DNA of 64,000 nt from Escherichia phage MRostami-2023e, in sequence record OQ031495. The stretch is one strand, 5' to 3'. Numbering within the stretch: the first letter of the stretch is position 1; each line of letters starts with the position of its first letter. The translations under genes and the position numbers were made by a program. Shown here piece by piece: positions 18,442-27,903 of this stretch. The notes under the pieces were generated by a model. That model saw only the letters and a list, made by a program, of their open reading frames with translations, made no database searches and was not told the DNA's origin.

Positions 18442-18640
18442 NNNNNNNNNNNNNNNNNNNNNNNNNNNNNNNNNNNNNNNNNNNNNNNNNNNNNNNNNNN
18501 NNNNNNNNNNNNNNNNNNNNNNNNNNNNNNNNNNNNNNNNNNNNNNNNNNNNNNNNNNNNNNNNNNNNNNNNNNNNNNNNNNNNNNNNNNNNNNNNNNNN
18601 NNNNNNNNNNNNNNNNNNNNNNNNNNTTAAGTTAATAAAT

Positions 18641-18665
18641 ACCCTTATCTATTTAAGGTAAGGGT
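18641..18665 (+). promoter_or_regulatory. Stem-loop over the gene 49 ribosome-binding region
   Basis: ACCCTTA / TAAGGGT inverted repeat ending 5 nt before the 49 start codon. Confidence 0.45.
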
Positions 18666-18670
18666 TTATC

Positions 18671-19144
18671 ATGTTATTATCAGGCGCAAAATATAAAGAA
18701 GAAAAACAAAAATTTTATGATGCACAGAACGGTAAGTGTCCTATTTGCCACCGTGAATTAGACCCTGATGTTCAAGGTAACCATCTTGACCACGACCATG
18801 AATTAAACGGGCCAAAAGCCGGTAGAGTTCGTGGATTACTCTGTAATCTGTGCAACGCAGCAGAAGGTCAAATGAAGCATAAGTTCAACCGTTCTGGTCT
18901 TAAAGGCCGTGATGTCGACTACCTAGAATGGCTTGAAGCTCTTCTCGCTTATTTGAAACAAGATTATTCTGATAATAATATCCATCCTAATTTTGTTCCA
19001 GACAAAACTAAAGAGTTCTCAAGACTAGGTAAAGAGGAAATGATGACCGAGATGCTTCAAAGAGGATTTGAATATAATGAATCAGATACTAAAACACAAT
19101 TAATAGCTTCATTCAAAAAGCAGCTTAGAAAGAGTTTAAAATGA
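18671..19144 (+). CDS. 49: Endonuclease VII (Holliday-junction resolvase)
   Basis: MLLSGAKYKEEKQKFYDAQNGKCPICHREL...HLDHDHELNGPKAGRVRGLLCNLCNAAEGQ... near-identical to T4 gp49. Confidence 0.92.
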   Translation: MLLSGAKYKEEKQKFYDAQNGKCPICHRELDPDVQGNHLDHDHELNGPKAGRVRGLLCNLCNAAEGQMKHKFNRSGLKGRDVDYLEWLEALLAYLKQDYSDNNIHPNFVPDKTKEFSRLGKEEMMTEMLQRGFEYNESDTKTQLIASFKKQLRKSLK

Positions 19145-20958
19145 AAATTGAAAAAGAAATTGAAGGATTAATTCATAAAACTAATAAAGACCTTTTAAAC
19201 GAGAATGCTAATAAAGATTCTCGTGTTTTTCCAACTCAACGGGACCTTATGGCTGGTATTGTGTCTAAGCACATTGCCAAAAATATGGTCCCGTCTTTTA
19301 TTATGAATGCGCATGAAAGCGGAATCATTCACATGCATGATATTGATTATTCTCCTGCTCTTCCATTTACTAATTGCTGTTTAGTCGATTTAAAGGGGAT
19401 GCTTGAGAATGGATTTAAATTAGGCAATGCTCAAATTGAAACGCCTAAATCTATTGGCGTTGCTACTGCAATTATGGCACAAATTACCGCACAAGTTGCT
19501 TCACACCAATATGGCGGAACTACATTTGCGAATGTCGATAAAGTTCTTTCTCCTTATGTTAAACGCACATACGCTAAACATATTGAGGACGCAGAAAAAT
19601 GGCAAATCGCTGATGCGTTGAATTATGCCCAATCTAAAACAGAAAAAGACGTATACGATGCATTCCAAGCTTATGAATATGAAGTAAATACTCTCTTTAG
19701 TTCAAACGGACAGACTCCTTTTGTAACAATTACATTTGGTACAGGAACCGACTGGACTGAACGAATGATTCAGAAAGCAATTCTTAAAAACCGCATTAAA
19801 GGCCTTGGTCGTGATGGAATAACTCCTATTTTCCCTAAGCTTGTTATGTTCGTTGAAGAAGGTGTTAATCTTTATAAAGACGATCCGAACTATGATATTA
19901 AGCAGCTTGCTTTAGAATGTGCAAGCAAAAGAATGTATCCTGACATCATTTCGGCTAAGAACAATAAAGCTATCACCGGCTCATCTATTCCTGTTTCTCC
20001 AATGGGTTGCCGTAGTTTCTTGAGCGTATGGAAAGATTCAACTGGCAATGAAATTCTTGATGGACGCAATAATCTTGGCGTTGTAACACTGAATCTTCCT
20101 CGTATTGCGTTAGATTCTTATATTGGAACACAATTCAATGAACAGAAATTTGCCGAATTGTTCAATGAACGAATGGACCTGTGTTTTGAAGCTTTGATGT
20201 GTAGAATTAGTTCCTTAAAAGGAGTTAAAGCGACTGTTGCTCCTATTCTTTACCAAGAAGGTGCATTTGGGGTTCGTCTTAAACCTGACGACGATATAAT
20301 TGAGTTATTTAAAAACGGTAGAAGTTCAGTGTCTTTAGGATACATCGGTATTCATGAATTGAATATTCTTGTCGGCCGTGATATTGGACAAGAAATTTTA
20401 ACTAAAATGAATGCTCATCTTAAACAGTGGACTGAAAGAACCGGTTTTGCTTTTAGCTTGTATTCTACTCCTGCTGAAAACCTGTGCTATCGCTTCTGTA
20501 AACTTGATACTGAAAAATATGGAAGTGTAAAAGATGTTACTGATAAAGGCTGGTACACTAACAGTTTCCATGTTTCAGTAGAAGAAAATATTACTCCGTT
20601 TGAAAAGATTTATCGCGAAGCCCCATATCATTTCATTTCGNNNNNNNNNNNNNNNNNNNNNNNNNNNNNNNNNNNNNNNNNNNNNNNNNNNNNNNNNNNN
20701 NNNNNNNNNNNNNNNNNNNNNNNNNNNNNNNNNNNNNNNNNNNNNNNNNNNNNNNNNNNNNNNNNNNNNNNNNNNNNNNNNNNNNNNNNNNNNNNNNNNN
20801 NNNNNNNNNNNNNATTTGTTTGTTCTATGTGTGGAGAAACTGATCCTAAAAAGATGAACACAATAAGAAGAACGTGTGGTTATCTTGGAAACCCGAACGA
20901 ACGCGGATTTAATCTAGGCAAAAATAAAGAAATCATGCATAGGGTTAAACACCAATGA
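19141..20958 (+). CDS. nrdD: Anaerobic ribonucleoside-triphosphate reductase (class III; 173 nt masked inside)
   Basis: 605 aa; NCCLVDLKGML and C-terminal RRTCGYLG glycyl-radical motif with zinc-ribbon cysteines. Confidence 0.9.
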   Translation: MKIEKEIEGLIHKTNKDLLNENANKDSRVFPTQRDLMAGIVSKHIAKNMVPSFIMNAHESGIIHMHDIDYSPALPFTNCCLVDLKGMLENGFKLGNAQIETPKSIGVATAIMAQITAQVASHQYGGTTFANVDKVLSPYVKRTYAKHIEDAEKWQIADALNYAQSKTEKDVYDAFQAYEYEVNTLFSSNGQTPFVTITFGTGTDWTERMIQKAILKNRIKGLGRDGITPIFPKLVMFVEEGVNLYKDDPNYDIKQLALECASKRMYPDIISAKNNKAITGSSIPVSPMGCRSFLSVWKDSTGNEILDGRNNLGVVTLNLPRIALDSYIGTQFNEQKFAELFNERMDLCFEALMCRISSLKGVKATVAPILYQEGAFGVRLKPDDDIIELFKNGRSSVSLGYIGIHELNILVGRDIGQEILTKMNAHLKQWTERTGFAFSLYSTPAENLCYRFCKLDTEKYGSVKDVTDKGWYTNSFHVSVEENITPFEKIYREAPYHFISXXXXXXXXXXXXXXXXXXXXXXXXXXXXXXXXXXXXXXXXXXXXXXXXXXXXXXXXXXFVCSMCGETDPKKMNTIRRTCGYLGNPNERGFNLGKNKEIMHRVKHQ

Positions 20959-21425
20959 ATTATGATAGAATTTATCCTTGTGATTTTGTGAATGGCCCTG
21001 GTTGCAGGGTCGTTCTTTTCGTTACAGGTTGTTTGCATAAATGTGAAGGGTGTTATAATAAATCAACATGGAATGCTAGAAATGGTATTCCATTCACTGG
21101 TGAAACACTAAAACAATTAATTGAAATTTTGAATAATGATTAAATAGAAGGATTAACTATAACTGGAGGAGACCCTCTCTATCCTGATAACCGAGATGTT
21201 ATTCATTGCATTGTTCAAACTATTAAAAATCTTTATCCCAATAAAAGCATTTGGTTGTGGACAGGATATAAGTTTGAAGATATTAAACAACTAGAAATGC
21301 TTAAATATGTTGATGTTATTATTGATGGGAAGTATGAGAAAAATCTTCCGACCAAAAAGATATGGCGAGGATCAGATAATCAGCGACTTTGGTCAAATAC
21401 CGATGGGGTGTGGAAACATGATTAA
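20955..21425 (+). pseudogene. nrdG: Anaerobic RNR activase (radical SAM) interrupted by in-frame TAA at 21141-21143
   Basis: MNYDRIYPCDFVNGPGCRVVLFVTGCLHKCEGCYN... then TAA; same frame continues IEGLTITGGDPLYP...WLWTGYKFEDIKQLEMLKYVDVIIDGKYEKNLP...WKHD, matching the rest of T4 NrdG. Confidence 0.6.
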
Positions 21426-21535
21426 ATTGAATTATATTATGGATACTATAAATGATATGATTTTTCGTTTTGGTCCAGAATTTTATTCCCAATATAGTTT
21501 AGTGCTTATCAATGCTTAGTTAATTAAGGGTAAAT

Positions 21536-21751
21536 ATGTATAAATTTCGTAAAGGTTTAGCTGATTTTCTTACAACTGTAACGTTCTTTTTGTTTATGGC
21601 AGTTGGAGCTATTTTTCTTATTCCTTTTACTGGAGTATTTTTCGTGATTAGTTTAATTTCTCCAGAAAAGGGTTTATCCTCCAGCGAATTCAATGAACGT
21701 TTGGACAAAATTACTAATAAACTGAATTCTGTTCTTGATAAAAAGGCTTAA
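21536..21751 (+). CDS. Small membrane protein
   Basis: Two hydrophobic helices. Confidence 0.45.
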   Translation: MYKFRKGLADFLTTVTFFLFMAVGAIFLIPFTGVFFVISLISPEKGLSSSEFNERLDKITNKLNSVLDKKA

Positions 21752-21753
21752 TT

Positions 21754-22071
21754 ATGATTAGTTTTGAGCGGTATGTGGTAGAGAGTTGGAAAGGTTTTGA
21801 TATGTTCGGTAATGACTATTATTTCTATGAATGTAGTCTAAATCCTAGTTTTTGGGCTGGACGTGAACGAGATCTCGAAGAAATTAATGCTCGTGCCGAA
21901 TTGTTAGGTGAATTGCCTACGGTTTATTTTACCTTTGATGAGTCTGGATTTGTTATCCAGGTTTATTTTCCTGAAGAAAACTCTGGTGAGGATTCTGTTA
22001 ATCCTCCTTATTGGGCTTACCAAGGAATTATTTCTCGTGGAACAAAACTCGAACTTAAAGAACAAGATTGA
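21754..22071 (+). CDS. Hypothetical protein
   Basis: 105-aa ORF. Confidence 0.5.
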   Translation: MISFERYVVESWKGFDMFGNDYYFYECSLNPSFWAGRERDLEEINARAELLGELPTVYFTFDESGFVIQVYFPEENSGEDSVNPPYWAYQGIISRGTKLELKEQD

Positions 22072-22360
22072 AATCTATGGCATCCCTGAAGAAGTAGGAC
22101 GTTGTCCAGGATGTTATGCTGTTACAAAACTTTTAAAGGAGCTCAATGCTCCTTATACATTTTATAAAGTCCTCACTAATAATGGTAAGATTGAATATGA
22201 CCGTCCTTTAATCGTATCTCTGGCTAAACGTGCAGGATTCACTTCACTTAATATTCGTTATCCTGTCATATTTTTAAATGATAAGAAACAAAAGAATATT
22301 GCAGAGTTTAAAAAGTCCTTGATTTCATTAGGATATGACTCTGATATCATAGAAGATTGA
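22037..22360 (+). CDS. nrdH: Glutaredoxin-like protein (NrdH-like); start codon uncertain
   Basis: IEIYGIPEEVGRCPGCYAVTKLLKEL... with CPGC redox motif; no in-frame ATG near the N-terminus (GTG at 22037 is the nearest). Confidence 0.5.
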   Translation: MEQNSNLKNKIEIYGIPEEVGRCPGCYAVTKLLKELNAPYTFYKVLTNNGKIEYDRPLIVSLAKRAGFTSLNIRYPVIFLNDKKQKNIAEFKKSLISLGYDSDIIED

Positions 22361-22383
22361 CCAGGTGCCGCCTGGTCTTCTTT
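22359..22383 (+). terminator. Terminator-like hairpin
   Basis: GACCAGG tgccg CCTGGTC followed by T-rich TCTTCTTTAT. Confidence 0.5.
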
Positions 22384-22468
22384 ATCTCATTTCTAATATA
22401 ATCCATTGGAATCTTCACTTCATTATCTCCTTGTGCCCCTCTCAAATCAAAAATATTTTCATAAAACA

Positions 22469-22498
22469 GTTTACATCCTCGATAGATATGTTAAGATT
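22469..22498 (+). promoter_or_regulatory. Early promoter
   Basis: GTTTAC 22469-22474, 18-bp spacer, TAAGAT 22493-22498. Confidence 0.45.
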
Positions 22499-22526
22499 AG
22501 CACCATCTACCACAGAGGAAAACAAA

Positions 22527-22709
22527 ATGACAATTGAAGATAAAGAAATTAAGGTTGACCAGTACTATTCTGTCAATGGTAATGCCATACAGATAACCAG
22601 AGTTTCAAGCCTGGATGTTTGGTACCGTTCAATCAAATATCCAGAAATTGGTGAAATGCTTTGTGACCGTGGTATCTTCTGTTCAATTGCGAAGGAAATT
22701 AAGCCATGA
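22527..22709 (+). CDS. Hypothetical protein
   Basis: 60-aa ORF with SD GAGGAAA upstream. Confidence 0.45.
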   Translation: MTIEDKEIKVDQYYSVNGNAIQITRVSSLDVWYRSIKYPEIGEMLCDRGIFCSIAKEIKP

Positions 22710-22954
22710 TTAGTTTAGATTCAAAGAAAGTTGTTCTAACCCTTAAAGTTGATGACGAGCGTCTGGTATTCGTTACCATTTCCGATTTGCATGTTGAAAT
22801 TGCTAATGGCGTTCGTACTTATCAAGCAAATAAAACTCAATGGGATTATATCCCGATGTTGACGCTTACTCAGCGTTTAGAATCAATCGGTCTTAAAGAC
22901 CTTTCAGTAAGTGAAGTGAATTTTATCAAACGCATTGTATCAATCAACCTCTGA
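22706..22954 (+). CDS. Hypothetical protein
   Basis: 82-aa ORF. Confidence 0.5.
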   Translation: MISLDSKKVVLTLKVDDERLVFVTISDLHVEIANGVRTYQANKTQWDYIPMLTLTQRLESIGLKDLSVSEVNFIKRIVSINL

Positions 22955-22961
22955 GGTACTT

Positions 22962-23255
22962 ATGGGTAAAACATATCGTCGTAAAGATTTGAAAGTTCGC
23001 GATTACGACTATTTTGGTAAGCGTAAAGCTCCTGACGGTGTTAGCCACAAAGACATGGTTGAAAACATTTTCCGCTCAGATAAATGGAAACGTATGAAAG
23101 GCGTTGATTCTGAAGTCAAGAATGAAATGAATCGACAACTCCGCAAAGAAGTTCGTAAGTTGAAAAAAGATGTTTACAGTAAAGAAGATTATGATTATAA
23201 TACTTCTCATACTGAAGCCAAACGTAAAGCTAACGAATGTTATCGTTACAGTTGA
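22962..23255 (+). CDS. Hypothetical basic protein
   Basis: 97-aa Lys/Arg-rich ORF. Confidence 0.5.
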   Translation: MGKTYRRKDLKVRDYDYFGKRKAPDGVSHKDMVENIFRSDKWKRMKGVDSEVKNEMNRQLRKEVRKLKKDVYSKEDYDYNTSHTEAKRKANECYRYS

Positions 23256-23262
23256 GGAAATT

Positions 23263-23397
23263 ATGAATATCAAACGAATGCTTTTTAAGCAGGGATTATA
23301 TACTTTAAATGTTAATCCAAAGGGCGATACAACTAAATGGTCTGTAAATGACTGGATTAAGTTCATCGATGAAAATGGGGCGTGGAACACAAAATGA
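23263..23397 (+). CDS. Small hypothetical protein
   Basis: 44-aa ORF with SD GAGGAAA. Confidence 0.3.
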   Translation: MNIKRMLFKQGLYTLNVNPKGDTTKWSVNDWIKFIDENGAWNTK

Positions 23398-23594
23398 ATC
23401 CTGAAAATATTGTGTCATGGCAACTTCGTGAAGAACGTGCCGAATTCTTTGCCAATATGAAACTCAACGGCGTTGAGGATGAAGACTTCTTACGCTGGTT
23501 CTGGATTTACAAATACAAAGAATGCCAGCACGTTGTACTACTGACTTGTGCAGTTATGTACGAAGGCTGGAAAGGCGCTAAAAAGTTCGGTTAA
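23394..23594 (+). CDS. Hypothetical protein
   Basis: 66-aa ORF, start overlaps upstream stop. Confidence 0.45.
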   Translation: MNPENIVSWQLREERAEFFANMKLNGVEDEDFLRWFWIYKYKECQHVVLLTCAVMYEGWKGAKKFG

Positions 23595-23597
23595 TAA

Positions 23598-23637
23598 TGT
23601 ACAACGATAGGAAGACATGTTATTATCTTCCTATCGT
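23598..23637 (+). promoter_or_regulatory. Early promoter / stem-loop cassette
   Basis: TGTACA 23598-23603; 12-bp inverted repeat ACGATAGGAAGA / TCTTCCTATCGT with TATTAT in the loop. Confidence 0.55.
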
Positions 23638-23657
23638 CTTAAAATGAGTAAAATATC

Positions 23658-23897
23658 ATGGCCCAAGAATTAGATTTTATCAAATTCAAAAAACACCTCG
23701 ACGTTAAAATTGGGGATTCAATTGTTAGGATTGAGTATGACATTTTAACAGATGCTATTACTGTTAGTTGTGATGGAAATAGTTTCAGCTTCGATACAAC
23801 CGAAAACAAATACCCAATCTATAAAGGCATCTTTGATATGGGTGTTGATATTACTCCACGTGATACAAATTACTTACTTTTCATGCTTAAAAAATAA
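23658..23897 (+). CDS. Hypothetical protein
   Basis: 79-aa ORF. Confidence 0.5.
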   Translation: MAQELDFIKFKKHLDVKIGDSIVRIEYDILTDAITVSCDGNSFSFDTTENKYPIYKGIFDMGVDITPRDTNYLLFMLKK

Positions 23898-23932
23898 TAT
23901 ACAAACTCTTGAGAGATGAGTATAATTCTCTC
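23898..23932 (+). promoter_or_regulatory. Early promoter with inverted repeat around the -10
   Basis: GAGAGA / TCTCTC flanking TATAAT 23921-23926. Confidence 0.4.
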
Positions 23933-23963
23933 GTTGGATAATAAAATAACCGAGGAAAATAAT

Positions 23964-24296
23964 ATGTCTACTAAAATCAAAAACGTAGTTAATTCTTTCG
24001 CTTTCGATAAAGTTGTTGCTCTTCTGGAATCCGGCAATATTGTTACTCCTCAAGTTCTTGACGCGTGGGAATTCCGTCTTTATGAAATCATGCAAAAACA
24101 CGACCAGAAAATTGGACGTAATTCTATTCGTGAAATTCTAGTACAATATATTCTTTCTGAATTTGACGTTGCTGCATTTGGTGTTGAATCTAAAGCTTAT
24201 CAGAAACATGAAATCTCTGAAAAGACTATCCGTCGTATGAAAAATCAACGTAAGAAAAAATTCGTTGACCTGAAAATTGTTAAGGCGGTAAAATGA
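23964..24296 (+). CDS. Hypothetical protein
   Basis: 110-aa ORF with SD GAGGAAA. Confidence 0.5.
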   Translation: MSTKIKNVVNSFAFDKVVALLESGNIVTPQVLDAWEFRLYEIMQKHDQKIGRNSIREILVQYILSEFDVAAFGVESKAYQKHEISEKTIRRMKNQRKKKFVDLKIVKAVK

Positions 24297-24520
24297 GCGT
24301 ATTAACAGAAACTTTGATTAATGACCTGCGTCTAGCTGGTTACGAAGTTGGTACAAATAGCCTAGGTCTTCCTCAGATTGAAGGGCCTGGATTTATCCTA
24401 GAATACGAATTCAAACAATGGTGGTTATATGCTACGGTTGACGATGCGTTGAATATTGATTTCGTTGACCAATTTGATTCGCTGGATGCTGCTCTTGAAG
24501 CAGCAAAGGAACTAGAATGA
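24293..24520 (+). CDS. Hypothetical acidic protein
   Basis: 75-aa ORF. Confidence 0.5.
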   Translation: MSVLTETLINDLRLAGYEVGTNSLGLPQIEGPGFILEYEFKQWWLYATVDDALNIDFVDQFDSLDAALEAAKELE

Positions 24521-24786
24521 AAATAACTCGAATCAGTATAACTGAAGAAAAGCTGGGCGAATTTTATGTTGACGAATACATGAAAGTCACGTATTTTCCA
24601 TTCGTTAAAGGTGTTGGTTTTTGGGAAACTCATGTATCTCAATTAAACGAAGGCGACTATAACGAAACACATGAGAACTTTTTAGATTTTCTTTATAATG
24701 CCGGTCTTACCGAGCTTTATATCGATATCCATGAGTTCAAACGTTTAATGGAAAAAGTGTTTCAGGCTTATTGTTTGATCCGATAG
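24517..24786 (+). CDS. Hypothetical protein
   Basis: 89-aa ORF. Confidence 0.5.
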   Translation: MKITRISITEEKLGEFYVDEYMKVTYFPFVKGVGFWETHVSQLNEGDYNETHENFLDFLYNAGLTELYIDIHEFKRLMEKVFQAYCLIR

Positions 24787-24793
24787 TATCTCG

Positions 24794-24837
24794 TGCTTTA
24801 AGATAGGTCTCTAAATATTATGATATAATAGACCTAT
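24794..24837 (+). promoter_or_regulatory. Promoter region for gene 55 (MotA-box-like GCTTTA plus TATAAT inside an inverted repeat)
   Basis: GCTTTA 24795-24800; ATAGGTCT / AGACCTAT flanking TATAAT 24824-24829. Confidence 0.45.
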
Positions 24838-24858
24838 GAATTGAGCCAAGAGGTACTT

Positions 24859-25416
24859 ATGACTGAACAAAAACCTAAAAATAACTATGTGAATAATAAA
24901 GAGCTTCTCGCCGCTATAATCGAGTGGAAAAAGGAGCTCTTAAATAATAAAGACCCAAACAAAATTATTCGTCAGAATGATACCATCGGTTTAGCAATTA
25001 TGCTTATCGCCGAAGGCCTGTCCAAACGTTTCAACTTTTCAGGATATACCCAGTCTTGGAAGCAGGAGATGATTGCAGATGGGATTGAAGCCTCTATTAA
25101 GGGACTTCATAATTTCGACGAAACTAAGTACAATAACCCACATGCATACATAACTCGAGCTTGTTTTAATGCTTTTGTCCAACGTATCAAAAAAGAACGT
25201 AAGGAAGTTGCAAAGAAATATAGTTACTTCGTTCATAATGTCTACGACAGTCATGACGATGATATGGTAGCGTTGGTAGATGAAACGTTTATTCAAGACA
25301 TCTACGATAAAATGACGCATTATGAAGAATCCGCTTATAAAGCTCCTGGGGCTGAAAAGAAGGAAGTTGTTAGCGATTCGCCTAGTTTGGATTTTTTATA
25401 TGAGGATGACAATTGA
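24859..25416 (+). CDS. 55: Late-transcription sigma factor gp55
   Basis: ...[27 protein letters not shown]...[48 protein letters not shown]... matches T4 gp55. Confidence 0.92.
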   Translation: MTEQKPKNNYVNNKELLAAIIEWKKELLNNKDPNKIIRQNDTIGLAIMLIAEGLSKRFNFSGYTQSWKQEMIADGIEASIKGLHNFDETKYNNPHAYITRACFNAFVQRIKKERKEVAKKYSYFVHNVYDSHDDDMVALVDETFIQDIYDKMTHYEESAYKAPGAEKKEVVSDSPSLDFLYEDDN

Positions 25417-25615
25417 CATCTCTAACTACTTAGAAGAACCTTTTGACGAAGCAATCCCTTATTTGGTAAAACTGTTGGGTCGTGAATTTAAAATTAATTT
25501 TGACATCGACCCTTTGAACCCACATGACGTGTCATTTTCGATAAATGGGACTCCGGTTGAGTACGAGTTCTGCATTGAAGAGGACGGACGTTTTTATTTT
25601 AATTTAATGAGATAA
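25406..25615 (+). CDS. Hypothetical protein
   Basis: 69-aa ORF, start overlaps the gene 55 end. Confidence 0.4.
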   Translation: MTIDISNYLEEPFDEAIPYLVKLLGREFKINFDIDPLNPHDVSFSINGTPVEYEFCIEEDGRFYFNLMR

Positions 25616-25616
25616 T

Positions 25617-25940
25617 ATGACTACCGAGATTATTGAAAATAAAGAAGCAGAAGATGCAGTAGCTAAAATGCTACAAGAAATCCAAAAGAAAAATGAAGCT
25701 GAAGCACGTAAAAAATCCGAAAAGATTCTTAAAAAGAATCGTTTTGAACTAAACCGTCTTTATGCTCATGCTCAAGAAGCAGCAATTCAAAACAACTTCG
25801 AAGCTTACGAATATGCTATTAAGAAATCTCGGGATATTCTACGACAACCATATAATGACAAGTTAATTAAAATCCAGTGGGTTACTACTCGTCAGGCTAT
25901 TGAGGACATCATTAATGGCGCTAGTTCAAACAAAGTTTAA
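25617..25940 (+). CDS. Hypothetical protein
   Basis: 107-aa ORF. Confidence 0.5.
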   Translation: MTTEIIENKEAEDAVAKMLQEIQKKNEAEARKKSEKILKKNRFELNRLYAHAQEAAIQNNFEAYEYAIKKSRDILRQPYNDKLIKIQWVTTRQAIEDIINGASSNKV

Positions 25941-26121
25941 ACGTCTTAAGCTGAATGCAGGGTTCACCCTTAAATTGGGAGGTCCTCTTTGTGTTAAAAT
26001 TTCTGAAAAGGAATATCACGACGGTTCTATTACAGAAATTTGTCCGCCTATTGTAAAGGCAGACCCAAAACAACTCGTATGGGTTGATTCATTTCAAGTT
26101 AAGAAATGGTGGAAACGATGA
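25915..26121 (+). CDS. Hypothetical protein
   Basis: 68-aa ORF. Confidence 0.4.
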   Translation: MALVQTKFKRLKLNAGFTLKLGGPLCVKISEKEYHDGSITEICPPIVKADPKQLVWVDSFQVKKWWKR

Positions 26122-26160
26122 GAGAAATCGATTTAGGCATTTTCTGAGAGGTGCTTATGC

Positions 26161-26334
26161 ATGACGAACATCCCGACTTCTGAAAATTTCGATAAAATCC
26201 GTAAAGGCAAAGCAGAAAGAATGAGACGTTTTAAAGAGTCTTATGATAAAGCTAAAGCCGAAGGAACTATTACGTACAAGCCCATTCGATTTAAAAGTTC
26301 AAATGAGCCTCTGTACGGTGTACTATGTGGATAG
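26161..26334 (+). CDS. Small hypothetical protein
   Basis: 57-aa ORF (MTNIPTSENFDKIRKGKAERMRRFKES...) with SD GAGAGG; terminator follows; below track cutoff. Confidence 0.35.
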   Translation: MTNIPTSENFDKIRKGKAERMRRFKESYDKAKAEGTITYKPIRFKSSNEPLYGVLCG

Positions 26335-26357
26335 GAACTCTTCGGAGTTCCTTTTTT
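26334..26357 (+). terminator. Rho-independent terminator
   Basis: GGAACTC ttcg GAGTTCC followed by TTTTTT. Confidence 0.65.
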
Positions 26358-26403
26358 GCTTTATAAACGGATGATAGAATGAATTAACTAATGAGGAAAT
26401 AAT

Positions 26404-27423
26404 ATGAAAATTTTGCACTTAGGCGATTGGCATTTAGGTGTTAAAGCCGATGATGAGTGGGTTCAATCTATTCAGCTGGATGGAATTAAACAAGCAATAG
26501 AATATTCTAAGAAAAACGGAATTACTGTATGGATTCAATACGGCGATATTTTTGATGTGCGAAAAGCAATCACACATAAAACTATGGAGTTCGCTCGTGA
26601 AATAGTTCAAATGCTTGATGATGCTGGTATTACCCTACATACTGTTGTAGGAAACCATGATATGCACTTTAAAAATACTTTAACTCCAAATGCTTCTACT
26701 GAGCTTTTGGCTAAATATCCTAATGTTAAAGTATATGATAAGCCAACTACTGTAGATTTTGACGGATGTCTGATTGATATCGTTCCATGGATGTGTGAAG
26801 AAAATACAGGTGAAATCTTAGAGCACATCAAGACTTCTTCCGCAGCGTATTGTGTTGGTCACTGGGAACTGAATGGCTTTTATTTCTATAAAGGAATGAA
26901 GTCTCATGGGCTTGAACCTGATTTCTTAAAGACTTATAAACAAGTCTGGTCTGGCCACTTCCACACAATCTCTGAAGCTGCTAACGTCAAATATATTGGG
27001 ACACCATGGACCCTTACTGCAGGTGATGAGAACGATCCGCGCGGATTCTGGGTATTTGACACTGATGTTGAACGTATGGAATTTATTCCTAATGAAACAA
27101 CATGGCATCGACGAATCACTTATCCGTTTAAAGGCAAAATTAATTATTCTGATTATACTAATCTAGCCGTACGTGTTATAGTATCAGAAATTGATTCAGA
27201 GTTGACTAAGTTTGAATCTGAACTTGAAAAAGTAGTTCACTCTCTTCGTATGGTTTCTAAAGTTGATAACAGTGTTGAATCTGATGACGACCAGGAAATC
27301 GAGATTAAATCACTTCAAGATATCATTAAAGAATATATTGACGCGATTCCAGATATCTCAGACGAAGACAGAGAAGCGCTGGTCAAATATTCCAACGAAC
27401 TTTATATTGAGGCAACACAATGA
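26404..27423 (+). CDS. 47: Recombination nuclease subunit gp47 (Mre11-like)
   Basis: MKILHLGDWHLG...GNHDMH...GHWELNG...GHFH phosphoesterase motifs; matches T4 gp47. Confidence 0.92.
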   Translation: MKILHLGDWHLGVKADDEWVQSIQLDGIKQAIEYSKKNGITVWIQYGDIFDVRKAITHKTMEFAREIVQMLDDAGITLHTVVGNHDMHFKNTLTPNASTELLAKYPNVKVYDKPTTVDFDGCLIDIVPWMCEENTGEILEHIKTSSAAYCVGHWELNGFYFYKGMKSHGLEPDFLKTYKQVWSGHFHTISEAANVKYIGTPWTLTAGDENDPRGFWVFDTDVERMEFIPNETTWHRRITYPFKGKINYSDYTNLAVRVIVSEIDSELTKFESELEKVVHSLRMVSKVDNSVESDDDQEIEIKSLQDIIKEYIDAIPDISDEDREALVKYSNELYIEATQ

Positions 27424-27677
27424 CTTTAGATGAATTTAACAATGCTGGACTCAACCTTGAAGTTGAAATTGACGTTAAAGATGATGATGGATTCGAGAAC
27501 ACTATCAAGTATTGGATTGAGCCATTACGCGTTGAAGGCAATGAAGTTAAAGCAGTTAATGTCTGCACCGACTGGGCTATTGAATTTAGCTTTAATATAA
27601 TGGACAACGATACTCCTGGCTCTATTCTTAAAATGGCTGAAGCGTGTATTGAGGATGCGTATAATGACGAAGACTGA
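27420..27677 (+). CDS. Hypothetical acidic protein
   Basis: 85-aa ORF. Confidence 0.5.
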   Translation: MTLDEFNNAGLNLEVEIDVKDDDGFENTIKYWIEPLRVEGNEVKAVNVCTDWAIEFSFNIMDNDTPGSILKMAEACIEDAYNDED

Positions 27678-27903
27678 TTATGAAATCCATCGTCATGAAT
27701 TTAGTATTGGTGACGGTTATATTGGTATCGTTGAATGGACCGAGAATTACGAGGAATCAACTCCTCGTTTCTTTGGAACAATGTATGTTACCTGTGAGTA
27801 CGCCCCAGGTGTTGTTATGTATGCAGAACTAGATGAATATTTTGCTGATAGGGATGACATGTTAAAATATGTAGAGGACTTCATTCGAAGAGAATACATA
27901 TGA
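27664..27903 (+). CDS. Hypothetical protein
   Basis: 80-aa ORF; start chosen at ATG after SD GAGGA. Confidence 0.45.
   Translation: MTKTDYEIHRHEFSIGDGYIGIVEWTENYEESTPRFFGTMYVTCEYAPGVVMYAELDEYFADRDDMLKYVEDFIRREYI

Noticed and set aside
1680-20813. Eight runs of N (1680-2119, 3983-4184, 6058-6318, 6463-6470, 8191-8530, 15169-15195, 18442-18626, 20641-20813) and the X-filled ORFs across them
   Set aside because: Masked or unknown bases, not biology. ORFs made of X residues are artefacts; only real sequence on either side was interpreted.
19141-20958. Group I intron or homing endonuclease in nrdD, as in T4
   Set aside because: The nrdD reading frame is continuous apart from a 173-nt masked run, which is too short for a T4-type intron with an endonuclease ORF. 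No GIY-YIG or HNH endonuclease ORFs were seen elsewhere in unmasked sequence.
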